From assembly GCF_002571385.2 (NCBI RefSeq), contig NW_019217993.1, forward strand, positions 131,341-195,340: 64,000 nucleotides of DNA. The letters run 5' to 3'. A program made the position numbers and the translations under genes. Numbering within the stretch: the first letter of the stretch is position 1; the number at the start of each line of letters is the position of its first letter. The notes below the pieces were generated by a model, which saw only the letters and a program-made list of their open reading frames with translations, was not told the DNA's origin and made no database searches. Shown one piece after another: positions 38,515-50,149 of this stretch. The stretch comes from Stylophora pistillata. Taxonomy: Eukaryota.

Positions 38515-41500
38515 TCAAAAACCTGAATAATTGCTGGGGCAATCCTTAAAAACGCACGGATAGTTTTGCCCTTTAGCCCTTCCGCTGGACTTTTCACCAT
38601 CGTAGATCTCTTTAAAACCTTTGGTTACGTACCTATCTTCCAGGCTCGAGTCAGAAACTTTGTATCGATTATCGTGATTTCCGTCACCTTTATCATCAGA
38701 CTTGAAACCTGTGAATTTTGATGACGTGTTATATGGTGTACTATCTAATCTCCCTTTGTCGTGTGCAGTAGCATATTTGCTTTTGTAGGTGGAGTCGAGG
38801 TAGTTTGGGGATGCGCTGTATGAAGCCTCACCAGACTCCTTATCATCGTAGCTTCTGCCTTTGTGTTCGGAATCGTAGTATCTAGGTGATGAGTTATACG
38901 ACGTAGCAGTTAGCTCATCATGGCTGCACAAATCTCCAATTAGATTCTGAAGAACTGACTTCTGATGGCGCAGTTGCTCGTTCTGTAAATGGGATGTTTT
39001 CTGTTCATCTTCCAAATCTTGCAGACTCTTCTCTAGGTTGTTATTTCTCGTATGTAATTCCTGAATCATTTCCCCTGACATTCCTGCCATACTTTCCACG
39101 TCCTGCATCTAGAAGAAAAATAACATATAAAATGATTTCTGATTGGTGCAAAAAAAAAAAAAAAACAATACACCAATCATCAAAACTGAAGCTAATCTCG
39201 ACTTGTTTGCTCGCGGTTTTTCGCGAGTAAACAAGTGCTTTAGGCTTTTACTCTGCGTCTCTACTGGCTCTTTGTGATACGTTCTCTCGTTATGAATGTT
39301 AGTTCTTGTTGCTGCTGGGTTTTGGATTTGCAACAATCAACAGAAAAGCGCTCAAAATAGCAACTCTTCTTCCTGAAAACCATTTTGACAAGTCTTTATG
39401 GGTTAAGATTTACTTATACTGCCACCCGTCTCCCACCCGATTGTGTCCGTGAGATGGGTGCAACTGAGATGTGATCATATGCTGAGCTGATATCAGTTGT
39501 TATGATCGATGGCAGGTCAACCCACAAAGGCTTCATCGATATAATGCAAGCCTCGCGTGCTCAGTCTGAGGTATACTAAGGCGGAGCTGTTGTTACGCCG
39601 GGTAAACAGACAAAAAGATGAGAATCATATTGTGTTACAGTTTCCAAACCTTCTCATTTAAACGTGCAACGTATTCATGCATAGCTTCTCTGGCTAGAGA
39701 AAGCTTAGTCTCTAACTCCTTTTTCTCCACCTCTAGGTGAGCGATCCGGGCCGAGTCCTTAGCCACTGATGTGTGAGACAAATCCTCTCTACTGCCTTCT
39801 TCAAATTGAGTCCTGATGATCTGACCAATGGCGACGATTTCTCTCTCGATTCTCTTAAGTGCATCAGGATCCAGCTCTCCACGAGAGCTAGACAGCTCTC
39901 GGCCAGTATGCAAGAGCCTTTCTTCTAAGCCCTTAATGTTGTGAAGACTGTCAGTCTTGCGGGTGGATATTTTTGTCTCAAGACTGGTAGCCTAGAATGA
40001 GAATAATGGGTATATTGCGAGGGAATATCTGTGGGCCTTGTCATCAACAAGAGCGCATCATTTCTTATAATATAAAGTAGTTGTGATCAAAGAGTGTGAG
40101 CGTTTAGACTTTTCGCGAGGAATTCCGATTATTGAAAAAAAGGGGAATATAACTTTTTAATTTAAAATGCCACCGTTGAAGGTTCACACGCAGCGTATTC
40201 AAGAAAAGTCAGTTCATCTCGTCACCTCTTTGGTACAATGAGACTGATTTAGTTTCGCCCCTTGCATCAACAGTTACACTTAAAAAAATCATCTACATTA
40301 TCTCACCTTTTCTTTCTCATTTTTGAGTTTTTCCAACAGCCGCTCCAGTTGATTTTGCAATTCTGAAGTTCTCTCTCTCAGAGAGGAATTCTCAGACACC
40401 AGTCGCTTGAGTCGTTCAGTTTCGTCACGTTTTTCTAAGGAATTCTCTTGATACTGGAAACAGTAAAAAACGGTGTTCAGGTATCGTATGGTGAAAAGAT
40501 CGAATTCCACTGTCAACAATCCTTGATGACTTAAAGTAAAATATCACACACTTTTGAAAGAATTTGACGAAAATTTTACTGAAATATATGGAATTACGGC
40601 AAAGAGGGGGAATTTATAAGCGGAATACAGGCTTTAACCTTACATGTGTAAACTTACGAGTAGAAAAGCATTTCTAAATAATAAAGAAAATGCGTATTTT
40701 GGGTGAGCTGCCGCAGAAATTGTGAGCTCACCGAAGTTTGAAGTAGTTCAGCTTGTTTTTCCTTCAAGGTTTTAATCTTCAGTTCCAGTTCTTTGGTGAC
40801 TTGAATAAGTCTGTTCTTCTCTCGCAATGTTGCTTCATATTTTGTCTACAGAAAAGAAGAAAAAAATTTAACTATTTAAAATCAATATCCACAAAATTCA
40901 CTGCGCCGGACATAGTCGATAGGTCAGGTCGACATACAGCTGCAAAGTAGATCAACAGCTTCCATCAGCCCTGATGATTGAATTCATTATGTCTTTTTTT
41001 ATATAAAACTTTTACCATATAAAACGAACAATTAGGGCAGACTACCTGGCTGATATTATTCATTCATTGTTTATTTATTTACCTATTTACAGGGACTACT
41101 ATCATACTCACCTTGTATGAAGAATCCTGGGTGTCATCATATCTTGGCTTTAATTCATAATGCGATTTACCCTCCTGACAATGAGCCAACATAATTTAAG
41201 ATAAGTATATAACGGGTAACGTGGCCTTTCAGGGATAGCTGAAAAATCACAACGGTCTTAGCTAGTCTAGCGATGCCAAACGACAAACAGCTTTGTTCCT
41301 CGAGCTATGCTATGTATTTTTTTTCTGGGTGGCCAAAATCTGGGGATCCAGCAAAAGAAGCAATAAATACCTTAGGGGCAGGGGGGGGGGTACCATCACT
41401 CTGAGCATAAAGACAGAACACACTATCTACCTTTTGTCTCGAGCTCGATACACTCCGTTGGCCTCGAATGTCAACTTGATGTCCATTGGAATCGTGTCTT

Positions 41501-44172
41501 CTCTGTTCTCTACTTCGTTCTGTAGTGAGCCGAGTCTTGGTGTCGTAGTCTGTTGAGGTCTTTTCTGCTTTGGCTGCACGAACTTCTAGCGTCCGTAGTT
41601 TTTCTTCCAAGTGCCGATCGGTGTTTTGGAGCCTTCTGCCCCCGCCTGCATGAGCAGAGAAGCTTGTCTGGTCAGTGTGAAGTCGCTTTCTATCATCCTC
41701 TTTTTCAGTCTTTAATTTCTCGGTCTCTTCAACTTGACTGGTAAGGGTCTTTACCCTGAGATCTTTGTCCTGGTTTGCTTTCAAGAGTCTTTCCATTTCG
41801 GCCTTAGCTTCCTCTTTGTACTGCTTGTGAAGATCAATATTTTCCTCCAGCGCTACAATCTTGGCTTTTAAACCTTTATTTTCACTTTTCAATGCATCAA
41901 TCTCAAATCTTAACGCCGATTCGTTGTCTGTCGGCGTGTGACAAAATGACATGCTTCTCACCTGGTGCTCATCCATTGATCTATTTCCAGAATCTGATAA
42001 TCTTACTTGACTGTTCCTTGCTAAAGCTTGATTTTCATGATACTTGAGGCTGGCATGATAATGTGACTGCAAAGTCGAGTCATTCTTAGTACTATGATCG
42101 CTACCTACAAGCTGTCCATAGCTACCAGAGACAGCAGGTTGATCGAGGTGGGAGCTGGTGGCTGACGCTCCGGTACCTTCACTGTCTTTCTGTGGGTGTT
42201 GTGGTTGCTGATACGATTGCCAGTAGGAAGGACCTGCTACATTACTGGCACCATCATGCTTTTGTTGACTACCAGTGAAGCCATGTTGAACAGCATGGGA
42301 GCCAGTATTATATGCTCCTGTCCACATAATTTCCTTCTGTGATTGTTCTTGTTGCGAATGCTGATGCGATTGCCAGTAAGAAAGACTTGTCACATCACTG
42401 ACACCATCAGAGACTCCTCCACGATTAGCCGACAGTCCCACAGCTCCACTTCCGACTCCAGCCTGGTGGTCAAACACTCCTTTACTGTCTGTTTCACCAA
42501 CAACCCCGTTCTGAAGATGCCCCAAAGATGATCTCGTCCATTCACTATCATTTCGTTGCATTTGCAGATTGTCTACTTGGCCTTTTCCCTCAACCTGTAG
42601 TCTTTCTCTTGTTTTGACGATTTCATCCTTCTCCACCTTGATTTTCTCTTTTTCTTGATCAAGCTCTTCCTGTATCTTTCGTCTCTCGGATTGTACTTTT
42701 TGATCAAGCGCCTCTTTTTCGATGTGGAACGTCTTGTCCAGTTCCGTTTTGTGATCTGCTAACAGTTTTTCAAAGTCATCCTTTAGTTTGCCACTAAGCC
42801 CTTCACGTCCTTTTAAAGTGATTGCTTCCTGAAACAACGTTATTTCTTCGCACACACTGTTTTTCTCCTCAATTTCCAGGCGTAATACCTCGATTTCTTT
42901 TTGAAGGCGTTCGTTTTCGTTCCTACTCATCGATTCTCCGTTGACTGATTTCTCTCTTTCTTGCTCTAATTCTTTTTCTCTGTCAAGTCTCAACAACCTT
43001 TCTTCCTGCAAACTGTCCTCAAACGCTTTACTCTTTTCTCGGAATTCTTTTTCCATTCGAATTCTTTCCTGTGTCATATTAGCTTCAAATTCAACTCTAG
43101 ATCTTTCCAAATTACTTTCGACCTCAGTGAAGCGAAGATTGAAGTTTCTCTCAATTTCGCCTTTCTCATTGTTTAAGCGTTGCTCCACTTCTGATTTTTC
43201 ACGTATCGCTTCTTGTTTCACGTGAGAAATTTCCCTCTCTAACATGACTTGATATTCAGCCTCCAATTTTTCCTTGAGCTCAATTTTTTCTCTTGCAAAG
43301 TTTTCCCCCATTCGTTCTTGCTCGGTTCCTAGTTTTTCCCGAAGTTCTTGTAACTGCTCTTTATAATACTGGTCAAGCTGTTGTCTCTCTTCACGAAACG
43401 ACTGAGTCAGTTTGTCAATCTCTTCAGCGAAGTTCTTCTGCATTTCCATCTTCTCCATCGAAACGTTCTTCTCAAGCTCTGCTCTCTCAGCTCGTGTCGC
43501 CTCGTCCCACTCTAGCTGTCTGCTCCTGAATCCACGTAGAGTTTCTTCCATCTTTTTCTTGAAAAAAACCTCCAGTGTTGTTCTTTCTCTTTCAAATATG
43601 TGCAGCAGCTCTTCTTTTAAGGCCTCTTCCTCATTCTCATTCAGTTCGATCGGAAACTCCTCCGTGACTGAGCCATCGATCTCGCCGCTTAGTTGACTAA
43701 CACTGTCATTCTCCCCAAAACCACTGTCCTTGCTGGTTCGCATACCACCTTCATTGCCATCTTGTCGGTAAAGTCTCCCTGCAGCCTGGCTGCTTGTTAT
43801 ACCTCCAGTTGACGAGTAAACCATTGTCTGTCCAAAAAGGTGACCTTCCCCGGTAAATCTCTTTGTTTTCTGCTCGCTCTCGTCAATGACTCCACAAGAG
43901 TCCATTTTCCTTCCAACATGGCTGTTTGTTGTTGCCGATACGGAATAGGTTATCTGGCGTCCCCCAGGGACGTATCCATGGTATAATGCTTCTTTACTGC
44001 TCTGCATTTGAACTTCTGTTACCCCATAGCCTGACCATTGTTCCTTGTTGTGGTCGCTACTTATATTGGCTGATGAGGACGATGACGAATACGTCAGGGT
44101 TCGTCCACTACTCTGCAGAACAGGAATGTTTGATTTCAAACTGACCTTGTTTTCATTTCTGTTTGAATGCAT
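38515..44172 (-). CDS. Five-exon ninein-related coiled-coil protein, ~1312 aa (gene 3); N-terminally truncated ninein-like duplicate
   Basis: Exons 44172-41431, 40845-40732, 40453-40307, 39991-39650 and 39108-38515 are all phase 0 with AG/GT ends; a 36-nt extra exon at 41147-41112 is possible. GREGLSGKLKDDFEKLLADHKTEL aligns with gene 1 GEAGLKGQLKNDFLCLLATHKAEL, and the last two exons align with the last two exons of gene 1. Confidence 0.82.
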
Positions 44173-46033
44173 CGCGGTAGCCTCAAGCTCTTATTTCACT
44201 CCTATTTCAAAGACTGGTGGAAAATAGTATCAGCAAAAAGTTGAAACGTCTGCCTAAATGCACCGACACTCCGACTTGCAGTTTACAGAGCCCTTCGAAT
44301 GGCCAGAAAAGCAAACAGATAAGGACTGAGTGAACTATTCATCTCAGGTTTTATGCCCAGGATTTATTTTTAATGAGAAAAGTTGAGGTTTATGCCACCA
44401 GTTGCGTAGGCCGCTCAGGATATAATAATGTCTACGAGGGAAATTATAAACAAAAATTGTCTGCTGTGTTAAGTGAGTTGCATCACAAGTGGAAAATTGT
44501 CACTCACGCGGTAAATTAAATCGGCCGCCATGTCACCAAAGTTGAGATACCGTGTACAAAGTTTAAAACAACGGGCCATACGCGAGAAGAACAAGTCGGC
44601 TGTCACCCACATATCAAACTGCGGTTTCTTGGAATACCTCTTAACTCGGTGCGAGTTGCGGTTAAGGGTGAATAAAGAAATAAATTGCAGTATTTGACCT
44701 AGAGGTATGACATGTCGGTTGAATAAAACATAGAAATTCAATAAACAAGGAATCTGCGGTTTCGACAAAACCACACAATGCACCGAAGTAAGCTAATTCT
44801 AAGGTGTCATTTATAACATTTGCGTATTTGTTTCACGCTAGCTTCTGCTGTTATCAATATTCATCTTAATTTTCAAGGAAAGTGGAAGTGCGGCGAAATT
44901 ATATAACAGTGTATATCCGTAGGTATCGACCCCCACCTTAGCAATATGAATCTTTATGTTAAATGCATTTATTAAGTATGATATCCAATTCCTTGAAGAC
45001 GATCGAAAACACTTAAGCTGTTGGCTTCATTCTTGTTTTTCTAATTTTTCACTGCTTTTGACATACTTGCAAAGATGGTTTAATACACTTATCCATTAGG
45101 ATAAACATTTCTAATGTTTGCAATACCATCAACCAATAATTGCTCCTGACACCTGCAAGTTACCTGTCATTTGTTTGCAACATCCCAATATCCCATACAG
45201 TAATAATTTCCGAGTGCTTTTGTGGCACTCGCCAGCCACTTGTGATTACAAACGATGATGAGATCGGAACTTAGGGCGATGGAGCCCGAAATATCATTAA
45301 GAAGGGAAAGATTGATTGATTGTTCCTTTTTTCCATATCAATTTTATTATCATAGTTTTTGTTTTTTAATTCATACATGTTGAACATTCTCATCAACGGT
45401 ACCAATACTCAAAATCAAGGCTTTCAGAAATCGGTTAAATGAGAGATGTCATTTCAATATGTTATATACTTCAACATTCAAATATACTTCAACATTCAAT
45501 ATACTTCAACATTCAAATTTTGATTGGTGGAAACACGCCTCTTGTTATCAAAACAAAAATACTGCGTTTGTCTCTGTTGAGTTTTAAAAAGTTTGATGTA
45601 TATCAATAGACATACCAACGTACGTTGTGAAAGAGGCTCACCTTGACGTATCATTTGCCACAATTGATCATTTACCGTCTAGTGATATCGGTATCTTTGC
45701 TCCTTATACTCCATCTATACCTGTCGATCATTTATACCTTTAAACTCCTTGCTTTCAATAACTCAATCACATTATGTAAGATGTAAAGTTTTAAGCCTAG
45801 CCGAATGAATCAGTAAATAAGCGATTACTTGCTCATTGATAACAACTTGTCGCTGAAATACACCAGTTAATATCAATCGTTGACAAAAATGCAAACAGAA
45901 CTGTTACACGAGATAGAAATAAGTTTTTTCTGAAGACGTTCTGCTATTGCACTTTATGTGGAGGTGTGGCTCTGCAAACGAGTTCTGCAACGATCCAAGC
46001 ACTGTCCACTTAGAGGAGCCAAAAATAATGCTA

Positions 46034-47641
46034 TCACTGTTCACTATTAACTTCTTCTTCTTTTCCATCATCAGAGGTCATCAAAACGCGAACAGTGGAA
46101 GAAACAGGCTGTTTTGGCATAATAGCGTTTAAAATCCTATAAACCCCTTGATCAGGTTGTTTCTCGAAAGTCACATAAACCAAAATTTTTTTGCGCTCGT
46201 CAGGAGTCAATCGCAACTTGGAGTCGTAAACTTTTATCATCTTATCAGTTTCCAAAGTAGGAGAACCCAACGCCCTCGGGCTTCCTTGTTGATTCCATGT
46301 ACTTGATTGAGCTGTGTTTGCACTAGATTTGTCTTCGCTGTCTTTTCCTTCTTCATACTCTTGACTCTTAACACTAACTTCACTGTTCCTCTTCACTCGT
46401 TTTTGAAGGTGACGTGTTAAGGCTCGTATTTTGGTGTTACTCTCTTGATTCGCTTCTTGAAGCCTTTTTATTTCGATGTTTTTACTCTCAATTTCCTCAC
46501 GAAGTACATCGATTTTGCTTCTAAGTTTTTCATTTTCCCCTTTGTTTGGGGCCTCTGTGTTTGAATATTTCTCCTTAATTTGATCAATTTCGCTTTCCAC
46601 GTCTAATTTCTGATGTCTCTCTTCCTTCACCTTCACTTCAAGCTCCATTATTCTTTCCTGACTTTCCTTTTCCATCCGCATGCTCTCCTTCAATTCATTC
46701 CTAACTTTTTGCAAACTTGTCTCAGCCTCAGTCAACTGTTGGTTTAAGCTCTTCTCGAGCTCAAATTTCTCTTTGTTAAATCTTGCCTTCATTTCTGATC
46801 TTTCACGCAGTCCTTCTTGTTTTTCATACATCACTTCCTTCGTCAACATGACTTGATATTCTGCTTCAAGCTTTTCCTTGAGCTCTAATCTCTCTTTTTC
46901 AAATTTTCCATCACCCCTCTTTTGTACCAGTGCAAGCTTATCTTTAAGTTGTTTCACCTGATCTTCGTAACACTGCTCAATATGCTTTCTTTCCTCGCTG
47001 AATGAATGCGTTAGTTTGGACATTGCATCTGCAAATTGCTTCTGCATTTCTTCCTTCTCTTTGGCCATTTTACTTCCAAGTTTCTCTTTCTCTGTTCGGG
47101 AAGCTTCTTCCCGCTCCATTTGCCTGCTTCGAAAACCATGCATACGTTCCTCCATTTTGCTTTTGAAGTACACCTCAAACAAGCGCAAGAGTTCTTCCTT
47201 AAATGCTTCTTCACTGTTCCCTTGAGCCTTGCCGAGCCGACTTTGGATGTCTTCAGCTGTTGGTAAAGAACAGGCAAGGTTCTCAAAACTCCCAGTTTTG
47301 ACAACATTCATTTCGATGTAATTTGCAGAGTCATTACTATTTTGGTTCATGTTATCGTGTTCTCTGAAGCCACCATCCGCTTCGTTGCTTTGTACGTCAC
47401 TTTCAATTCCACGAGCAGAGTTGCTTCCTCCAACATGACCGCTATCGAGTACACTTGCAGAAGGAATGGTCTGCCTATTTTTATGTCTTGAAAAGGCGGA
47501 ATCCTCCGTGTTCTGGCTCGTGTCGGCTTTTGGATAATTGCTATTTAGGATTCCCAATGCAGAATACATAGCTTTCTTGTCATCATTTGTTTGAGGAGGT
47601 ATACTGGAATTTTCTCTGATTTTCCTTTTGTTGAAATACAT
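46034..47641 (-). CDS. Single-exon ninein-related coiled-coil protein, ~535 aa (gene 2); paralog of gene 3 exon 1
   Basis: Uninterrupted ORF; first ATG at 47641. EEAFKEELLRLF..VYFKSKMEERMHGFRSRQME and ELKEKLEAEYQVML align with EEALKEELLHIF..VFFKKKMEETLRGFRSRQLE and ELKEKLEAEYQVML in ORF 41305-44172. Confidence 0.78.
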   Translation of the reverse strand: MYFNKRKIRENSSIPPQTNDDKKAMYSALGILNSNYPKADTSQNTEDSAFSRHKNRQTIPSASVLDSGHVGGSNSARGIESDVQSNEADGGFREHDNMNQNSNDSANYIEMNVVKTGSFENLACSLPTAEDIQSRLGKAQGNSEEAFKEELLRLFEVYFKSKMEERMHGFRSRQMEREEASRTEKEKLGSKMAKEKEEMQKQFADAMSKLTHSFSEERKHIEQCYEDQVKQLKDKLALVQKRGDGKFEKERLELKEKLEAEYQVMLTKEVMYEKQEGLRERSEMKARFNKEKFELEKSLNQQLTEAETSLQKVRNELKESMRMEKESQERIMELEVKVKEERHQKLDVESEIDQIKEKYSNTEAPNKGENEKLRSKIDVLREEIESKNIEIKRLQEANQESNTKIRALTRHLQKRVKRNSEVSVKSQEYEEGKDSEDKSSANTAQSSTWNQQGSPRALGSPTLETDKMIKVYDSKLRLTPDERKKILVYVTFEKQPDQGVYRILNAIMPKQPVSSTVRVLMTSDDGKEEEVNSEQ

Positions 47642-50149
47642 CGTGGTTGCCAAGTTTTCCTTCTCCTTGTTCGAGTTCAGAATTAGCACAGTTTTGCTCC
47701 ACAGTCAACGCTCGTAGCGCATCGCGGGGCTAAAACCCGAAATATGATGACTCTGAACGATAGCAGAGTGCACTATTCAACTGAACAGGTAATGTTCCGA
47801 TCATTTAAGATTGATATCGAAATTGATGCCCCCAACAGCGCAATGAAAACGCAAATAGTATTGAGTTTATCTCCCGCAGAAATCATCGCAATCAACAAAC
47901 ATTCCATGATTAATATTTTTTAACAATGCATTCAGCCTCTGAATTCAAGACTTATCAAAAAAAACGTATTTTAAAAGCAATCGATCAAGTCCTGGCATAC
48001 CTTCAAGAATTATTGCTGGACAAGAGAAAAATCTTAAAAAGAATTTAGTAAGGTTCATAAAAATGGAGATGTTATCTAACCCATTTCATATATTAATTAT
48101 GATGTTTACCAAAACGAAAACCGACAAAGGTGGATTAGAAGAATGGTTTGGTTTCCTTCGGCTTCCTCTGGCTTACCCCATACAATGAAGTCGATGTCGC
48201 AACCCGCTGATCCCTGCTGTCATAAAAGAAACTTTGTTCATTGATGGAGAGCAACTGACGTTATGTCAAATACAAACATTAATAAAGGCCTCTAAAACTC
48301 TATTCTTAGTTGTATCAATAAGAAACGAGCGGAAAACAGGTGCATGAAAGATGGGGCGGAGTAACTGGTTGTTTTGACACTGGAAAGACATTCAAGGAAT
48401 TGGCGGGGTAAGCTATGAGAAGTTTGCGGTTGAGTTGATTCATTTTGAGATAAACCAAAACCTTGGTGAAGAAGAAACAGTTCGTCTAGAATGGTGTTAG
48501 TAATTGTGGATTTTGCATATTTTCGCAAATCAGGATATGGATTTCGTGAGCGATTTCTCCTGTATCGATTTAAGTTTCAACACAAATAAAAATTAAAACC
48601 AGGAAGACAAAAAGAAAGCTAAAAGGACAAAGACGATTCCTCGGTTCGAACTTGATTCTCTTTGGCAAAACATAACACCACCATCTGTCCGTGTACAAGT
48701 TTGTTTCATGCCCGAATGTAATAACAAAGGGCTAGAATCCGTAAACCGATATCTAGTTGCACTCAGTTCCGAACGGACTTACTTCATACAGAACTAGCAC
48801 AAGTTATCTGATTTTGAAGTTTGTAACTAATTAAAACTTGTTACTGTTACAGACACGTATCTGCTAAACCATACGTTAATTAATCATTAGCGGTAAACAA
48901 AGAAGATCATTAAAATAAAATGATGCTCGGTGGCGATGAAGCAAAATTATAAAAAAAAAAAAAAAAAAAAATTGTATGGGCCATTCAAATCAAAGGGTGA
49001 AAAATGTTTCAAGCCTCAGCGCCAGGGAAAAACGTGTTGGTCGAGTGGGGAATACATTCCAGTTTGACAGTACTCCTTCCGTAAAATTTCATACCGTACC
49101 ATGCAAGAAGCGATCATTCAAACAAAGTAGGAACACTGTATGGCTATGTTTATTCGAGATATGACGCAGTGAACAAGACAAAGATTGTTTTCTTATTTTA
49201 AAAAAGAAGGAACGATTTAACTTGTGATTACATTTTCGAATGTCATTCCTAGATTATATGATCCATTTCTATCAGATGGACTTAATCTGCCGTTAAAATG
49301 TTAAAACTCAGAGTGCATTAAGAAAGTGTAAATCGTGTCTTCAGATTCGATGAAATGATGGTCTATCGTTTTATTGATTACTTGCAGATTGACTGTTTGA
49401 CTGATTAATGAACTAATTCACTTACTGATCGACTGGTGAGGTCAGCTACGCCGAATGGCTTTCTTTACGTAATTTCTTGTACATCTTTACGCAACAATAT
49501 TTCGTGAATTCAAAACGAAAGTGGTGATCAGATATAGCAATATATTTCCTTGCGTAAACAAAAGTATTAAGAAACGGTCTTTTTAACTGATATGTGGCAA
49601 AAACTATGAAAGTTACGAAAACTATGTATGTAATTCTTTACCTACGCAGTGCTCAAGCAACGAAGATAAAAATCACAACTGTGAAATTACAATTACAAAA
49701 ATACTCTAAATCCTAGTATCAAAAGTCGGCAGGTTTAAAAACCTTTGATCAATTCGTTTGAACAATGCTCACAAATTCAAGATCTGGATTTTGTCACGGT
49801 AAAATTTAGTTAAAATGTACAACAACGTTAGTAAAATCTTCAAATTATTTCGCCAGACAAAAATCGTCTATTTGATGGAAACATCGTCCCGTTAGGGTCC
49901 ACATAGTAAATTCCAAGAAATTGTCAAATGCTGATAAGAAGAGAGCAACGCTGATGGTTTGGGAGGGATCCCGAGCAACGACACGGCCTAGTTGCGAAAA
50001 CACTTGAAGGTGACCAGCTCTTCATGAAAAATCTCCTCAGTAGAAAAACATCCAAGGAATCTACATGTAAGAGGAGACTCCCACTGACACTGATTTGTCG
50101 CTTGGGGATACTTTCCTCCTTGTTCATCTTCAGATACATATCTTGTTGC

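Noticed and set aside
41305-41430. C-terminal 41 aa of the 955-aa ORF
   Set aside because: Probably intron read-through beyond the AAG|gtagat donor; in-phase downstream exons continue the protein. An unspliced isoform is not excluded.
46034-47689. Idea that genes 2-3 are further exons of gene 1
   Set aside because: Gene 1 ends with the NINL-type terminal motif and a stop at 50150, and genes 2 and 3 have their own ATG starts and unrelated N-termini.
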